Origin: Eledone cirrhosa
Lineage: Eukaryota
NCBI GenBank assembly: GCA_964016885.1
Contig: OZ024743.1
Location: 25,544,001-25,608,000 of the forward strand
Direction of reading: 5' to 3'
Length of the DNA stretch: 64,000 nucleotides
In this document: one piece after another, positions 1 through 13,144 of the stretch
Layout: every line of letters starts with the position of its first letter
Numbering within the stretch: position 1 is the stretch's first letter
Notes under the pieces: model-generated
What the model was told of the DNA's origin: nothing
Database searches by the model: none
What the model saw: only the letters and a program-made list of their open reading frames with translations
Translations under genes and position numbers: made by a program

Positions 1-2
1 GT

Positions 3-821
3 GCTCTTGTGTCTGGATGGATCTCTCGTTATGGAGTTCCATCCACAATAACTACCGACCGTGGACGACAGTTCGAGTCGAGCCTTTTCCTCGAGCTGTC
101 AAAAATAATTGGTGCTAAACGCATTCGAACTACGGCATACCATCCCGCTTCGAATGGTATGGTGGAGCGTTTTCACCGCCAACTGAAGGCCTCCTTAATG
201 GCCTCAATGGACTCGGCGCATTGGAGCGAGTACCTCCCTATTGTGCTACTAGGGATTCGGTCAACGGTGAAGGTCGACTTTGGATTTTCACCGGCCGAAG
301 TACTGTACGGTGCCCCTCTGACGTTGCCCGGGCAAATGCTTTCCTCTATCGATCTTGATGCCCAAGATCACGCTTCCTACGTGTCCCGTTTGCGCTCCTA
401 TTTCCAGGATTTGCCGCCAATAGACACTAGGAAACAATCTGTCAAGACTGCTGTCCCGAGGGATATTGCCTCGTGGACGCATATCTTTGTAAGGAATGAT
501 ACGGTGAAGCCCCCGCTCACACAGCCTTACACTGGACCTTACCGTGTCTTAGCGCGCTCGGCTAAGCATTTCACGTTAGATATTAAGGGGTCCAGGGTGA
601 CAGTTACATTAGACAGGCTTAAGCAGGCGCACCTTGATACGGACGCTGTGGTCCCTGATCCACGAACCCCTTCGTATTTGCCTGTTGAGCGAACGACTGT
701 TCCTGATCCACCATCATCGCCTGTCCCTACACCACCACCATCGCCACGTTACAAGACCACGACCCGTTCAGGTCGTAGGGTCCACTGGCCCAAAAAACTT
801 TGCAGCACCGTCTATATTTAG
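3..821 (+). CDS. pol: Ty3/gypsy LTR-retrotransposon Pol, integrase core and C-terminal part (5' part lies outside the window)
   Basis: Open frame from the window edge. [11 protein letters not shown] (2nd Asp), [20 protein letters not shown] (catalytic Glu region) and a GPY/F motif (QPYTGPYRV) are typical of gypsy integrases. Confidence 0.95.
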   Translation, partial: ALVSGWISRYGVPSTITTDRGRQFESSLFLELSKIIGAKRIRTTAYHPASNGMVERFHRQLKASLMASMDSAHWSEYLPIVLLGIRSTVKVDFGFSPAEVLYGAPLTLPGQMLSSIDLDAQDHASYVSRLRSYFQDLPPIDTRKQSVKTAVPRDIASWTHIFVRNDTVKPPLTQPYTGPYRVLARSAKHFTLDIKGSRVTVTLDRLKQAHLDTDAVVPDPRTPSYLPVERTTVPDPPSSPVPTPPPSPRYKTTTRSGRRVHWPKKLCSTVYI

Positions 822-1051
822 ACTATGTTAGCTGCACCTTTTTTTTTTGCCTCTGTGTTTCTGCTTTTCCTTTGCCTTGTTTTTTTTTATGCATGCATGT
901 CGTTTTTTTTTTTAACATTTTTCAAATCCTTATTCTGGATTCAATTTTTGCTAGAGCGGATAGCTCCCCCTCGTTGCATTGTTCGCCATCTTACTCCACA
1001 TGTGAGTAATGACATCGATTTTCAATAATTTGAAAATCTGGCTCGAGGTAC

Positions 1052-1262
1052 TGTAGTAAGACGCCTCACGCTCCTTGATAGAACAACGCCGGTTGAGAAC
1101 GCCAGAAAGAAAAGACAGACAGCCACTGGAAAGCCGACGGATCACACGCCAGATACCAGCCTCTGTACAACACCATTGTTTGTGCTACAACAAAAAATAA
1201 ACGTATATTTCCTCTCTAATTTCTGCTGTTATTATGTCACTTGCATCTCGATAACATCTACA
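1052..1262 (+). mobile_element. 3' LTR of the gypsy element (211 bp)
   Basis: Starts TGTAG and ends CTACA (5-bp inverted termini, TG...CA). AATAAA at 1196-1201. Lies 230 bp downstream of the pol stop and is followed by unrelated (TA)n. Confidence 0.75.
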
Positions 1263-1275
1263 ACTAATACTGCTA

Positions 1276-1307
1276 AATATATATATATATATGTATATAT
1301 ATATATG

Positions 1308-1394
<87 letters not shown>

Positions 1395-1492
1395 GTATAT
1401 ATATGTATATATATATATATGTATATATATTTATATGTATATATATATATATATAAATATATATATATATATGTATGTATATATATATATAT
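1276..1492. repeat. (TA)n microsatellite with TG interruptions
   Basis: Direct reading. Confidence 0.95.
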
Positions 1493-2129
1493 AGTAAGGG
1501 GTTAACCGATCAAGGATGTGCGGACTACATAATGCTCTGTTGGACCGTTGAGGAACTAACATCACACGTCCGGCTGGCCCTATGTATCAAGAAAAGTAAA
1601 CTTTTTCGAAACTTAAAGATTTTTTATGAAATTTCATTGTTCTGAGGAGCCCAGGCTTCAATAACTGATAGTCCTCAGATAAATATATATAAAGGATTTT
1701 AATAAACCTAAACTGAATGAATATATATAAATATATATAAATATATATATATATATAGAACTGAATTCTTACAAACTTGTGGAGTCACCCCTAACCGTAC
1801 GTTGAAACCATCCATGAAACAGGCTTTCTTAACCACGAACTGGATCACAATAAGCAATTTTCTGCTTCCCTAACTATATATATAGATATATATATATATC
1901 GTTTACAAATATATCTTATATATATATATATCTTATATATATATATATCGTATATATATATATCGTATATATATATATATATCGTATATGATATATATAT
2001 ATATCGTTTACAAATATATATTATATATATATATATCGTATATATATATATATATGGTATATATATATATATATATCGTATATATATATATATATATCGT
2101 ATATTATATATATATATATCGTTTACAAA

Positions 2130-2185
<56 letters not shown>

Positions 2186-2338
2186 TTTGTAAACGATAGA
2201 CGAAGATATATCAATTGAGTGACAAACAAGATATGCAAATTAGGCACTCGATATACAAATTAGGCTGCTCACCGTTAAGTTAATATGCATAAGTAAAGTA
2301 TATGCTTTCAGACGTTCAATCATCTGTCAGGAAGGTAT

Positions 2339-2381
2339 ACGATGCTGACGATAGCTAATAAGCTTGAAACTAGTACATCGT
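2339..2381 (+). ncRNA. Minimal type I hammerhead ribozyme motif (Penelope-type)
   Basis: Stem I ACGATG/CATCGT; CTGACGA 2345-2351; stem II AGCT-aata-AGCT; GAAA 2366-2369; palindromic CTAG stem III; GUA cleavage triplet. Confidence 0.8.
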
Positions 2382-2500
2382 TCCTGTGTCAGTGTTGAAC
2401 AAAAAGGCGACGATGGTTGCCTGAACACTGTACGGCGTAATTCGGGCTTTTTGTTTACAATCAAACTGAACATTATAATAAATGTTCGGTAAACCCATAC

Positions 2501-2551
<51 letters not shown>

Positions 2552-2804
2552 CATGTATGTATATATATATACATACTACTGTACGTCTGTATACATATAT
2601 GTATGTACGTATACATACATACTTACATTTAAGTATCAGCCGTACTAAGAGTGAGAAATAAAATTTCGTTTCATTCTTTTCCATTTATATCTAGATAGAT
2701 ATATAGCAAATTATCTGTTTTACTGAGAAACATTATCGATATATATTTTATATGTATTGATTAAATGTAAAATTAACTTATATATATATATATATATATA
2801 TATA

Positions 2805-2998
2805 ACGAAGGAATTGTGGTAAGGGACCAGATGGACCATAACGCACCAGAGTACTCAATACTTACGGTAGTAGAGTGGGTAATAGGAAAAGGTATGACCC
2901 CGACGGCAGAGCTCAAGCCATTTCGACGGCTATTTCTCTTAGTCCAGAAATAGCCGTCGAAACGGTTTGAGCTCTTCCGTCGGGGTCATACCTTTTCC

Positions 2999-2999
<1 letters not shown>
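2805..2999 (-). mobile_element. Penelope-derived fold-back mini-element (pLTR end plus inverted copy) within (TA)n
   Basis: About 55-bp inverted arms (2883-2937 / 2946-3000) nearly identical to the ribozyme 3' half at 52178-52238; flanked by (TA)n on both sides. Confidence 0.75.
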
Positions 3000-3032
<33 letters not shown>

Positions 3033-3337
3033 AATTTGTGTGCGCAGTGTAATCTTCTGGTTATAGCCTCGCACATCTTAACATTCCTTCCTTCAATTTG
3101 CTTATAAATATTTGTACCGTATGTAAATATACCATGGAATTGGGTAGAAAACAATCAATTAAATCGATCCCTGTTGCTATATTACATATATTGAATAATT
3201 TGACAGTTACCCTATTTCAGCCAGCCCTGAATAATGAAAAGTTAAAACAGAAAACAAAAACAATAATGAAGAGGGCAGTAAAAAATGTTAGTATTAGGGT
3301 TCACGCTTGAGAGTGGGGGTAGAGGATATATATATAT

Positions 3338-3507
3338 AACGATGGAAGTGTGGCAAGGAACCAGGTGGACCATAACGCACCAGAGTACTCGATACTTAGA
3401 GTGGATAATAGGAAAAGAGTCAGGACGCCGACGGCTGGGCTCCGGCCGTTTCGACAACTAGGTCTGAACGGCTAGCTGTCGAAACGGCCGGAGCTCAGCC
3501 GTCGGGG

Positions 3508-3509
<2 letters not shown>
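3338..3509 (-). mobile_element. Second Penelope-derived fold-back mini-element of a related subfamily
   Basis: Shares GGACCATAACGCACCAGAGTACTC with 2832-2855; inverted arms around 3428-3505 contain GAAA-CGGC...GCCG-TC-GGGGT; flanked by (TA)n. Confidence 0.7.
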
Positions 3510-3545
<36 letters not shown>

Positions 3546-4004
3546 TGTACAGCATTTTGTCTGATGGTCTAGTGATTCTGTTGAGCCACCGCCATTCCGT
3601 ATTGCAACTAAATAACGATAGTTGTTTGTTTGTTTCTAATACTTTTCTAATATTTTGTTGTTTGTCATGTTTTTTTTTTTTTCTTTTGTATGTTATTTCC
3701 CTATTTGTATTTATTTATCGTGTTGTCTTGCTCTGTTTACTCTTTGTTTTCTATTTAAAATAATATTTCCATTAGTTGCCATTAGCTATTTCACTACACT
3801 GCCCAACCAACCAGCCAACCAGCCAATAAGCTGTGCTCCTCATTCCCTCTCTTCGTTTTCGTTTGCACCTAAAACACGTCCGAATACGAGACATGATGTG
3901 TCCCTCCACTTTATATATATATATAAATACATACACACACATATATATATACAGATACATATACATACACACATACTTACACACACACGCACCTCACACA
4001 CACT

Positions 4005-4070
<66 letters not shown>

Positions 4071-4469
4071 CTTATATATACATATATGTGCGTGTGTAAA
4101 TGTATAAATACATATATATATGTGTGTGTGTGTGTGTATACATGTATAGCTACATGTATATGTGTGTGAATGTGTACATATATTAACAACAACAATAACA
4201 AAAGAAGCACAACCAATTCCCAGTCTCCACCACCACCAGTACGACCACCACCACCAGTACCACCACCACCACCAGTACCAGCACCACCACCACTTCTCTC
4301 ATTCTTGCCGTCAGAACGCGTTTCTTATTAGGTTATGGTAGACTCATTGTCCTCATCGGTTGGTCGGAGGCGACAATGAAGCCATTACAAACCTCTGCTT
4401 CAAACGTTATACACACACATACACACACAGACACAGACACAGATGTACACACAGATGTACACACAGAGG

Positions 4470-4506
<37 letters not shown>

Positions 4507-5138
4507 ACACACACGCACACACACAGGCACACACACGCGCTCATGTATTCACTGTATTCACACCATACGTACACGACACCCTGGATCCACCATCGAAAGG
4601 CTAATAAAATAAGAATATTAATAATAATAACAAAAAACAACAACAACAGTAATTTAGAAGCTGACGTTTTACTCATTAGAAATTAAATTAATAGCAACCA
4701 CTTGCCAAGAACGGGTGATACGGCTAGTCACACTAATAACATTTGTTATTGATGCTGTTTTTATTAACAATGATGACAATATTATTATTATTTATTACTA
4801 TTATTATCATTATTATTATTATAAAAATGTTACCATCATCATCATCATCATAATCATCATCTTCGTTGCCGCCGTTGTCGACGTCATCATCATTATAATC
4901 CAGGTTGCATAGATCATTATTATTAGATAAATCCGTGCGACTGACATAAGTCAGATGCCATGTTATACAGAGAAGTAAAACGAGACTGTGTCACTAGCGA
5001 ACATTGCGTTTATGTCCATTGTTGACAGGTTTGGTGATTCGGGTGTCTATCCTCCCATAAGATGCTTCAGTCGTGATGGGGGGTTCGATCATGGTATTAT
5101 GGTATGTCTTCTCCCCGCCCCCTTTCGTTTTGTTTCCC

Positions 5139-5194
<56 letters not shown>

Positions 5195-5375
5195 ATCCCA
5201 TTACGGGTTTCAGAATAATTATTATTCTACCCTACTGAGCTTGGTAAACAGTCTATAGAAGATAGTGGGATTGTTGGTGACAGAGATGGGCGGGAGAGAG
5301 TAATTGTGGTACTGGTGGCCTGAATGAGAGACAGAAATATATTGTATTGACACAGTGAAGTGTTGATAGTTAAAG

Positions 5376-5416
<41 letters not shown>

Positions 5417-5698
5417 TATTTTTAACAACCTCGAGGTAAAAATATAGAAGAATTAAAAAGAGTAAGTGGGAGCATATATTTTTGTTGATTTTTATTTATG
5501 CAGTTTTTGTATTTCATTCGTATATATATATTTATATATATTTTTAATGTATTTTTTGTATTGCATTTTTCTTTACTTCTTTTACTATACTTTTTGCCAC
5601 TTTTTGAATTTTTTGTCTTTAAGCTAATTTATTTATCCCATCTGTATCGTTATAATTATTTTATCCACACACATATATGTATGTATACACACATTATA

Positions 5699-5754
<56 letters not shown>

Positions 5755-5789
5755 GTTTGACTCTTTTGCATATAATTACACATTCATAC

Positions 5790-5945
<156 letters not shown>

Positions 5946-6110
5946 TTGTAATCTCTGCATGCATGTCTTTTGTATTTGTATATATAGGTATATACATTTG
6001 TTAAGACAATGCCGCTTTTGTGTTCACACCTCGCAGAAAATATAGATGCGTATTTAAGATGTTCGAATCTTTATGAGAGATATTGAGGGAGAGAGAAAGA
6101 GAGATAAATG

Positions 6111-6326
6111 GTTTCTTATATAGGCAAAAGGGCAGCAATTTTGGGGGAGGGGAAAGTCGATTAAATCGACCCCAGAGCATGACTGGTATTTTATTTTATC
6201 GACCCCGTAAGAATGAAAGACAAAGTTAACCTCGGCGGGATTTGAACTCAGATCATAAAGGGCCGTAACTCTATGCTGCAACGCATGGCGTCCGGCCCGC
6301 TACCGATACTGCCAATCCACCGCCCT
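6111..6326 (-). mobile_element. tRNA-derived SINE (family A), full length with 17-bp TSD
   Basis: Box-B-like GAGTTCAAATCC and core AACTTTG(C/T)CTTTCAT(C/T)CTTACGGGGTCGATAAAATAAA; direct repeat AGAAAGAGAGATAAATG at 6094-6110 and 6327-6343. Confidence 0.9.
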
Positions 6327-7279
6327 AGAAAGAGAGATAAATGAATAGCAAGAAAGACTATATGTAATGAATGAAAATTAATATAATGTGATTCTGTAAT
6401 ATTTGTGTTTGTGTTCTGATATTGGTCACCAACCTTGTGTTTCGTTTCTCTGTCCACAGATCCAACTGACCTTCTTCATCACACAATGTTAGATATAAAT
6501 GTCGAACATTTAAATACATATGTATACTGCCTTCTTCATGTAATTTCACCTAAGTCCTGCATTTTTTTTCTCCGTCTTGTAAATTTCTCCTATACAGGGA
6601 TTTTAACTATCTTGTTGGATACTGTGACCCCGAAAAGACCAGCTGTACCGTCGCTAGGAGGTGAAACTGAGTAAGTCCATTTCGATATCCGATGGCCACA
6701 AAGTTCTTGTATCTGATACCAGATATATATATCGAGAGAGAGAGAGAGAGAGGGAGAGAGAGGCTGCAAGGCGGAATATTCCCTTCATCAGCAGTGGAGC
6801 AGTGACCACAATGACATTGACATCTTCCTACAGTATCACCCTTTCTAGTTGTTGTCTAGCAATATACAAGCTACTAGCTGGTTTATTTTGGCCCATTCTG
6901 TAGCACATAATTTCATCAGTAACCCATGCACCCACTATACCAAAGAATGTGCAATTGTAACCAAATTTACCATGCATAATTACATATGTAATTAAACAAA
7001 CAAGCACGAACAGAATAGTTATGTTGGTCGTAACATTTAATGGCAACAATATTAACAAAAAATGAATATGCGGTGAGGAATAAACGATACTAATCAATAA
7101 CTACCATTATTTTTATTTTCTGTCATTCACGAAACACATTTACCGATATATTTTGGAAATTATTCTCATCTAATCAGCGAAGCAGGACCACCGTGTAAGC
7201 CGAATTATAAATTAAAAAACCACTTAGTAAATATACAATATTGTACATCGGTTGGCGTAGAAAGGTAGCATTGTTAAAT

Positions 7280-7560
7280 AGATAGATATGTTTCTTTATT
7301 AGCCACAGGGACACAAAAGAAGGGGACAAATACAAAGGGGGAAGTTTACATACAATAAAAACGTGTAAAATATTATCACAAATGTAATTTAAAAGTTAAT
7401 CGATTTTCCCCAATAGGGGGAGACATTTCATGTGGGTAACACATAACCCCGAAAAAAATGTGCAACCCTCATCTCCAGGAGTACGAAGAGTTTGTACCCC
7501 TCTCCTCTCTTCCTCCTTTTCCTCAACCTACAGGCTGATATAGAGAGAAGGCCCATTCAC

Positions 7561-7563
<3 letters not shown>
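7280..7563 (-). mobile_element. 5'-truncated Tx1-type LINE 3' end in a (TCTA)n tract
   Basis: Minus strand encodes RVNGPSLYISL*, matching the ORF2 C-terminus RMNGPSLSMCL* at 32458. 3' UTR ends GTGGCTAATAAAGAAAC followed by (TATC)n. Confidence 0.8.

Positions 7564-7656
<93 letters not shown>
7561..7656. repeat. (TCTA)n/(TAGA)n palindromic microsatellite
   Basis: (TCTA)n switches to (TAGA)n at a TCTAGA centre near 7605-7610. Confidence 0.9.
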
Positions 7657-7657
<1 letters not shown>

Positions 7658-8163
7658 TCAGAGAGAGTGAGAGACAGATAGATGGATGGATATATACTTT
7701 AGAATGAAAGTACTGTACTGTAGGATAAACTGTACAAACTCAGTGCACTGCTTGGCCTTCTCTTCATTTGCTCTTCCCTGGAGATCAAAGTGATTTCAGC
7801 TCTTCCTCCGAGTATCATTTTCTCTGGTGCTGCCGAATACCTTTGACGCAACACCAAATGTCCGGGTTGTTTTGATTTACAATGTAACATACTTTTCTTC
7901 TTCATTACCATCCAGCCTCCTTACCAGTCTAAGTTCAGGTATAACCACACAAATTATGCAACAACTATTTTATTTTACGAATCATCCAGTGTTTGTTGTT
8001 TGCTTGTTTTTTCTCATATATACACCTGCCATATCCAGCGCAGCTGGAGAATCGCTGTTACACTACCCTTCCTAATTCCAATGTTATGAAAGTAGAATAT
8101 TATTGGTCGAGTTAAAAATCAACGCCATTCACCCTCTACTAAAATGAAAGTATGCCTCACACG

Positions 8164-8430
8164 CAGAGTCAGCGCTACCATATAGGCAAACTAGGCAGCC
8201 ACCTAGGGCGCATTTCTCCAAATTAACAATTTTGAAAAATAAATGAACAAATTTCAGTTTTATTGAGGGTCATTTTTATCCTGGTTTATTTCATACAGGA
8301 AAAAATAAATGTTAAAAATTTTTTTTTTTAATTTATTGTTTATAAATTTGGAAATTGACATTTTCCTTGGTGTAGGTGGGGGCACAATATAACCTTGTCT
8401 AGGGTGCCAGATAGTCTGGCACTTGGCCTG
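8164..8430. mobile_element. hAT-type MITE with 8-bp TSD
   Basis: Imperfect TIRs CAGAGTCAGCGCTA / TGGCACTTGGCCTG; flanks CTCACACG (8156-8163) and CTCACTCG (8431-8438), one mismatch; subterminal CTAGGG(C/T)GC motifs. Confidence 0.75.
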
Positions 8431-8638
8431 CTCACTCGATTCCACAACTCTTACGTATTTCAACCCCATCCCACATTGCCTTCCCCAAAATTTTCTACAT
8501 GTTTAGAAATATGACATTAAAGAACAGACAGTGCTTAATATTGAATAAGTCTACGATTTACCATTCCTTTGATCGGTTCTTTCATCAGAAAGACATTAGT
8601 CTTTATGTATGTATATATGTATGTTACAATGTATAAAC

Positions 8639-8735
<97 letters not shown>

Positions 8736-8939
8736 CTTTTATTCTTTTACTGGTTTCAGTCATTGGAATGCAGCCTTACTGGGGCATATAAATATCGGTG
8801 CAACAAAAGAAAGACTGTTGACCAGAGGTATATGACTAAATCACTAAATCTCCAAGTGCCTGTCTACTATACAAATGGATTCTTTAGTGTGCACTTATAT
8901 ATATATAAATATATACATATATATATATATAGGAAAATG

Positions 8940-9005
8940 TACCCTACGTTTTGAGTACTCTGGTGCGTTATGGTCCATCTGGTTCCTTACCACACCTCCT
9001 TCGTA
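8940..9005 (+). mobile_element. Penelope pLTR tail fragment (same family as 2805-2999)
   Basis: TTGAGTACTCTGGTGCGTTATGGTCCATCTGGTTCCTTACCAC is essentially the reverse complement of 2816-2858. Confidence 0.7.
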
Positions 9006-9324
9006 ATATATATAGAGATGTTATATATACATATAGGTGTGTGTGTCTGTATGTGTTAGGGTGTATTTATGTTTATGTGCATGTGTATCTGTTTCTCTCG
9101 GTCCATTCATCCTTTTTAGTCAGTGTTTATATCTATGTGTTACTATCGTTGCCCACATCGTCACCCGACACCCCTGTGTATACACGCATATGGATATGAA
9201 TTTATAAACGTCTAGTGTTTATTTTACACGTATGCCTACACAAATTACATTTATAATAAAAATATAAATGTATAGATCAGATTTCGTAAACATATATGGT
9301 AAAATATAGATATACACGCAGACG

Positions 9325-9378
<54 letters not shown>

Positions 9379-9549
9379 TGTGTGTATATATGTGTGTATA
9401 TGTGTGTTTGCACGTATATCTATGTTTTTATGCTTTTGTACATATAAATATAAACACGCACGTTTATACACACATACACATATACACACACATATATATA
9501 TATATAGATGTATATGTGTGTGCCTGTGTATAAATATATTTTATGTATG

Positions 9550-9624
<75 letters not shown>

Positions 9625-10764
9625 ACGTAAATGGTATATATTCTCAATATATAACATAACAACAAAGTATAATATATTCCGAAATAGCTCAATATAGCTT
9701 TAAGCAACATTCTGATAGTTTGTGCGCATGCTTGTGTATTCGGATAATAAGATAAAAGGTTAAGGAAAAGAAGTGTAAAGAGAAAAGAACTGGAAAGTGA
9801 GAAGCAAATCAAATGGCTAGAAGATAAAAAAAAAAAAGAAAGAGTTTGGACGAAAACAGGGAAGCGAGACACTAAATAAATAAATGCCTACAAGATAAAA
9901 AGCTATAGCGATAAATGTTATACAAAATTTCTTCACTGGAGTGTGCCATATTGGAAAACTGGTTTTTTGACTGCTAACGACTCAGTGCTTAACGATGAAA
10001 TGTCGATAAATCTAAGCTATTTTCTTTGCCTCTTTATGTCATTTGAGGGCGCTGTTGACGATAGACTGAGTGGGGCAGAAGTAAAATAGTCTGAAAAATG
10101 ATATGATTTGTGGAAGGTGAGGGATGTGTGAATATATGCTGGGAGATACGTTTGGTTTATTTGGAAAGTAAGTAGGTATAATAAGAAAAATGGAAAGGAA
10201 AATATCCCACCCACCCACCAGAGCAGTCGAACAATTTAATGATGGTATATAACCCATTTTAAAGCAGCTAATCTTATAATGAAAAGTAAAGTGAAACTAG
10301 GCGTAGTCAAAAGACTTTCGCTACGCTGAGCCGACGAGGAACTCTCTAATTTCTTACCCAAAAGCTTTTCGATGCTCAATTGGGTCAACATAATATCATA
10401 CTATGTTTCAACCATAGCTACTACTACAGGAACCATTTAACCTTCAACAACCAGCAATAACCACCAGCGCCATCAACGCCAACAACAACAACAACAACAA
10501 AAGCAATACAGTGATTAACAACGTTAGTAACATTATCAAGAACATCCACAACAACCACACCACATACAATCAATATTACAGCTATATATATCATTCTTCG
10601 TGTGTTTTTATTTATAATTTCTTTCACAGCCTGAAAAAAGCAAACGCTAATATTTTCTCGATAATCGTTCCGTTTCATTCCTAAATATATTTAGCCACCG
10701 GATATTTTATTTTTTAGTTACATAAATATCAGGCAAATATACACACACCTAACCACAAAGAGAA

Positions 10765-10817
<53 letters not shown>

Positions 10818-10955
10818 CACATACTCACAGACATAAAGAAAAAAATGCATAGACTCACATACAAACATACATTCATACATACATACATACAGACATACAT
10901 ACATACTTACATACGTACATACACATATACATACATACATACACACATACATACA

Positions 10956-11215
10956 TAAAAATATGTAAAACATTCCAAAAATGTTGCATCTAATAACTGC
11001 ATACACACATGTACAGATACAAAGCGTATACACATGCACACATACAACTCAAAACATACACATCCACACATACAATAACATCCATGCCTACACATGCATG
11101 CAGACATGCATACATATCTACCTTGTTGATGTTGTATAAATTCCAATGAGAGAGTCTTGTAACTATGTTAGAAACCGAGTCTCTATTGGCAAAAATTGGT
11201 GAAATTATAAAACCA
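10956..11215. repeat. Direct repeat copy 1 (~260 bp; copy 2 at 14705-14968)
   Basis: TAAAAATATGTAAAAC...CCAAAAATGTTGCATCTAATAACTGCATA...TATGTTAGAAACCGA...TAAAACCA is present in both places with scattered substitutions. Confidence 0.9.
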
Positions 11216-11797
11216 TGCATACATACATACATACATACATACATACATGCATACATGCATACATACATACATACATACATACATACATACATACATACAT
11301 ACATGCATACATGCATACATGCATACATGCATACATACATACATACATACATACATACATACATACATGCATACATGCATACATGCATACATGCATACAT
11401 ACATCCATACACGATGGCTGCATCTAACTATCAATATTTGCCATCACTTGGTCTTTTTCTCACAAATGGCTCGCACGAACGTCACATTTTTAGCTCCACC
11501 AAGGATTTACATTCTTTTCTGCATATGGTGCAACACACTTATAAGACGTTTAGATCAAGTGATGTCTGTGTTTGAAGCTTTTTTTTATGTTGCGAAAGGC
11601 CTAGCACATGACCAATCACATGCACTGAACAATGATGACATGTATCCAAAAAGTTCAAGTCGATATCACTAACTGGTATCGAGTAGGAGATTTTACATTA
11701 GAGTTTGCTTTCTTCAAAAATGTTGCCATAACAAAAACTACCGGCTTCTCACTCTTGGTTGGCTACCCAAACACTAAACCGATTATTTATATGTCCC

Positions 11798-11837
<40 letters not shown>

Positions 11838-11920
11838 CCACTCTCAAGCGAAAAACTGATAATAACATTTTTACTGCCTCTTCGCTTCCACGTTTTTTTA
11901 TTTCTGTTTACTGTCACAAC

Positions 11921-12017
<97 letters not shown>

Positions 12018-12926
12018 AAAGTGATGTTGATGGTGATGATTACTAGAAAATGCTATTTTCATCATTTCTAAAAATAGCCAAACAATTGATGGTTTGGATA
12101 GGGTCAAATAGTAGTCGTTAGACATGCTCAACCAATCGGCTTTAGTAATCTAGTGAAACTACTCACTGATTGGTCGAAATTCAGTTTGCAAAATGTAGCA
12201 TTCTGTAGCCGCTTTTCACTGTATATAAGGCACAAAATTTATCCATCTCATTACAGTTGAAAATTGCAAACTTGACTGTCACCACAGAATATGAACCTGA
12301 ACATTGCGAAAGCATAAAAGTACTTGTTCAATTAACACTTAACATTTAATATTCTACCATACTATTTCATTCTAATAGCATTATAAATTTTAAAGGATTG
12401 TAAATAAAACGAGTAAATCAGACAAAGTTGGAATTCCTTTTATTAATATATATATATATATATATATACATACATACATATATGTATATGACTATTTACC
12501 GGGTTTTTTTAATTCTGCATTCTGTCCAAAACTCAACCTCCTCGCCATGCAAACTTGGTGGCTTGCCGGTTTAGTTGCCGACAATCCAAACACTTGACAT
12601 GTTGTACCGTGACAATGATTTACTTAAACACAAAGCCGACAATTTGGAGGGAGAATAATATCTATTATAATGACCTCAATGCGTGACTGGTCCTTATTTC
12701 ATAGGTCCCCAGCCTGAAGAAAGTAAGGCCACCTCGGCCTGAAACCGGATTTGATCGCTGGGTATTGTCACTAAATTCCACAAGGCATTTTACCCTACAC
12801 TTCGTTGATTCTGCCAATCAATAAAAAAAAGTGGCGGTCACATTGGATTGCGTAGTCTTAGAGACACTATGTGTAAATAAAAGACAAGATAGTCATGGGT
12901 GGAACAACTTTGGTTATTGGTTTGTT

Positions 12927-13144
12927 TATTAGATGGATTGGCAGATTCGATAGAGCGTCGAACACCCTGCTTCGTGGAAAAGAGTTATGGCCCTTTACGT
13001 TTTGAGTTCAAATCCTGACTAGGTTAGCTTTGCCTTTCATCCTTACATTGTCGATAAAATAAAGTACCAGTCACGCACTGGGGTCGATTTAATCGACTTT
13101 TCTTTCCTCCCAAATTTCTGGCCTTGTACCTAAATCAGAAACCA
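12927..13144 (+). mobile_element. SINE family A with 13-bp TSD
   Basis: Same core motif; TTATTGGTTTGTT at 12914-12926 and 13145-13157. Confidence 0.85.

Noticed and set aside
6620-6800. Two further hammerhead-like pieces (CCGAAAA...GAAAC on +; CTGATGAAGGG on -)
   Set aside because: The first has multiple core mismatches; the second is truncated before GAAA by (GA)n.
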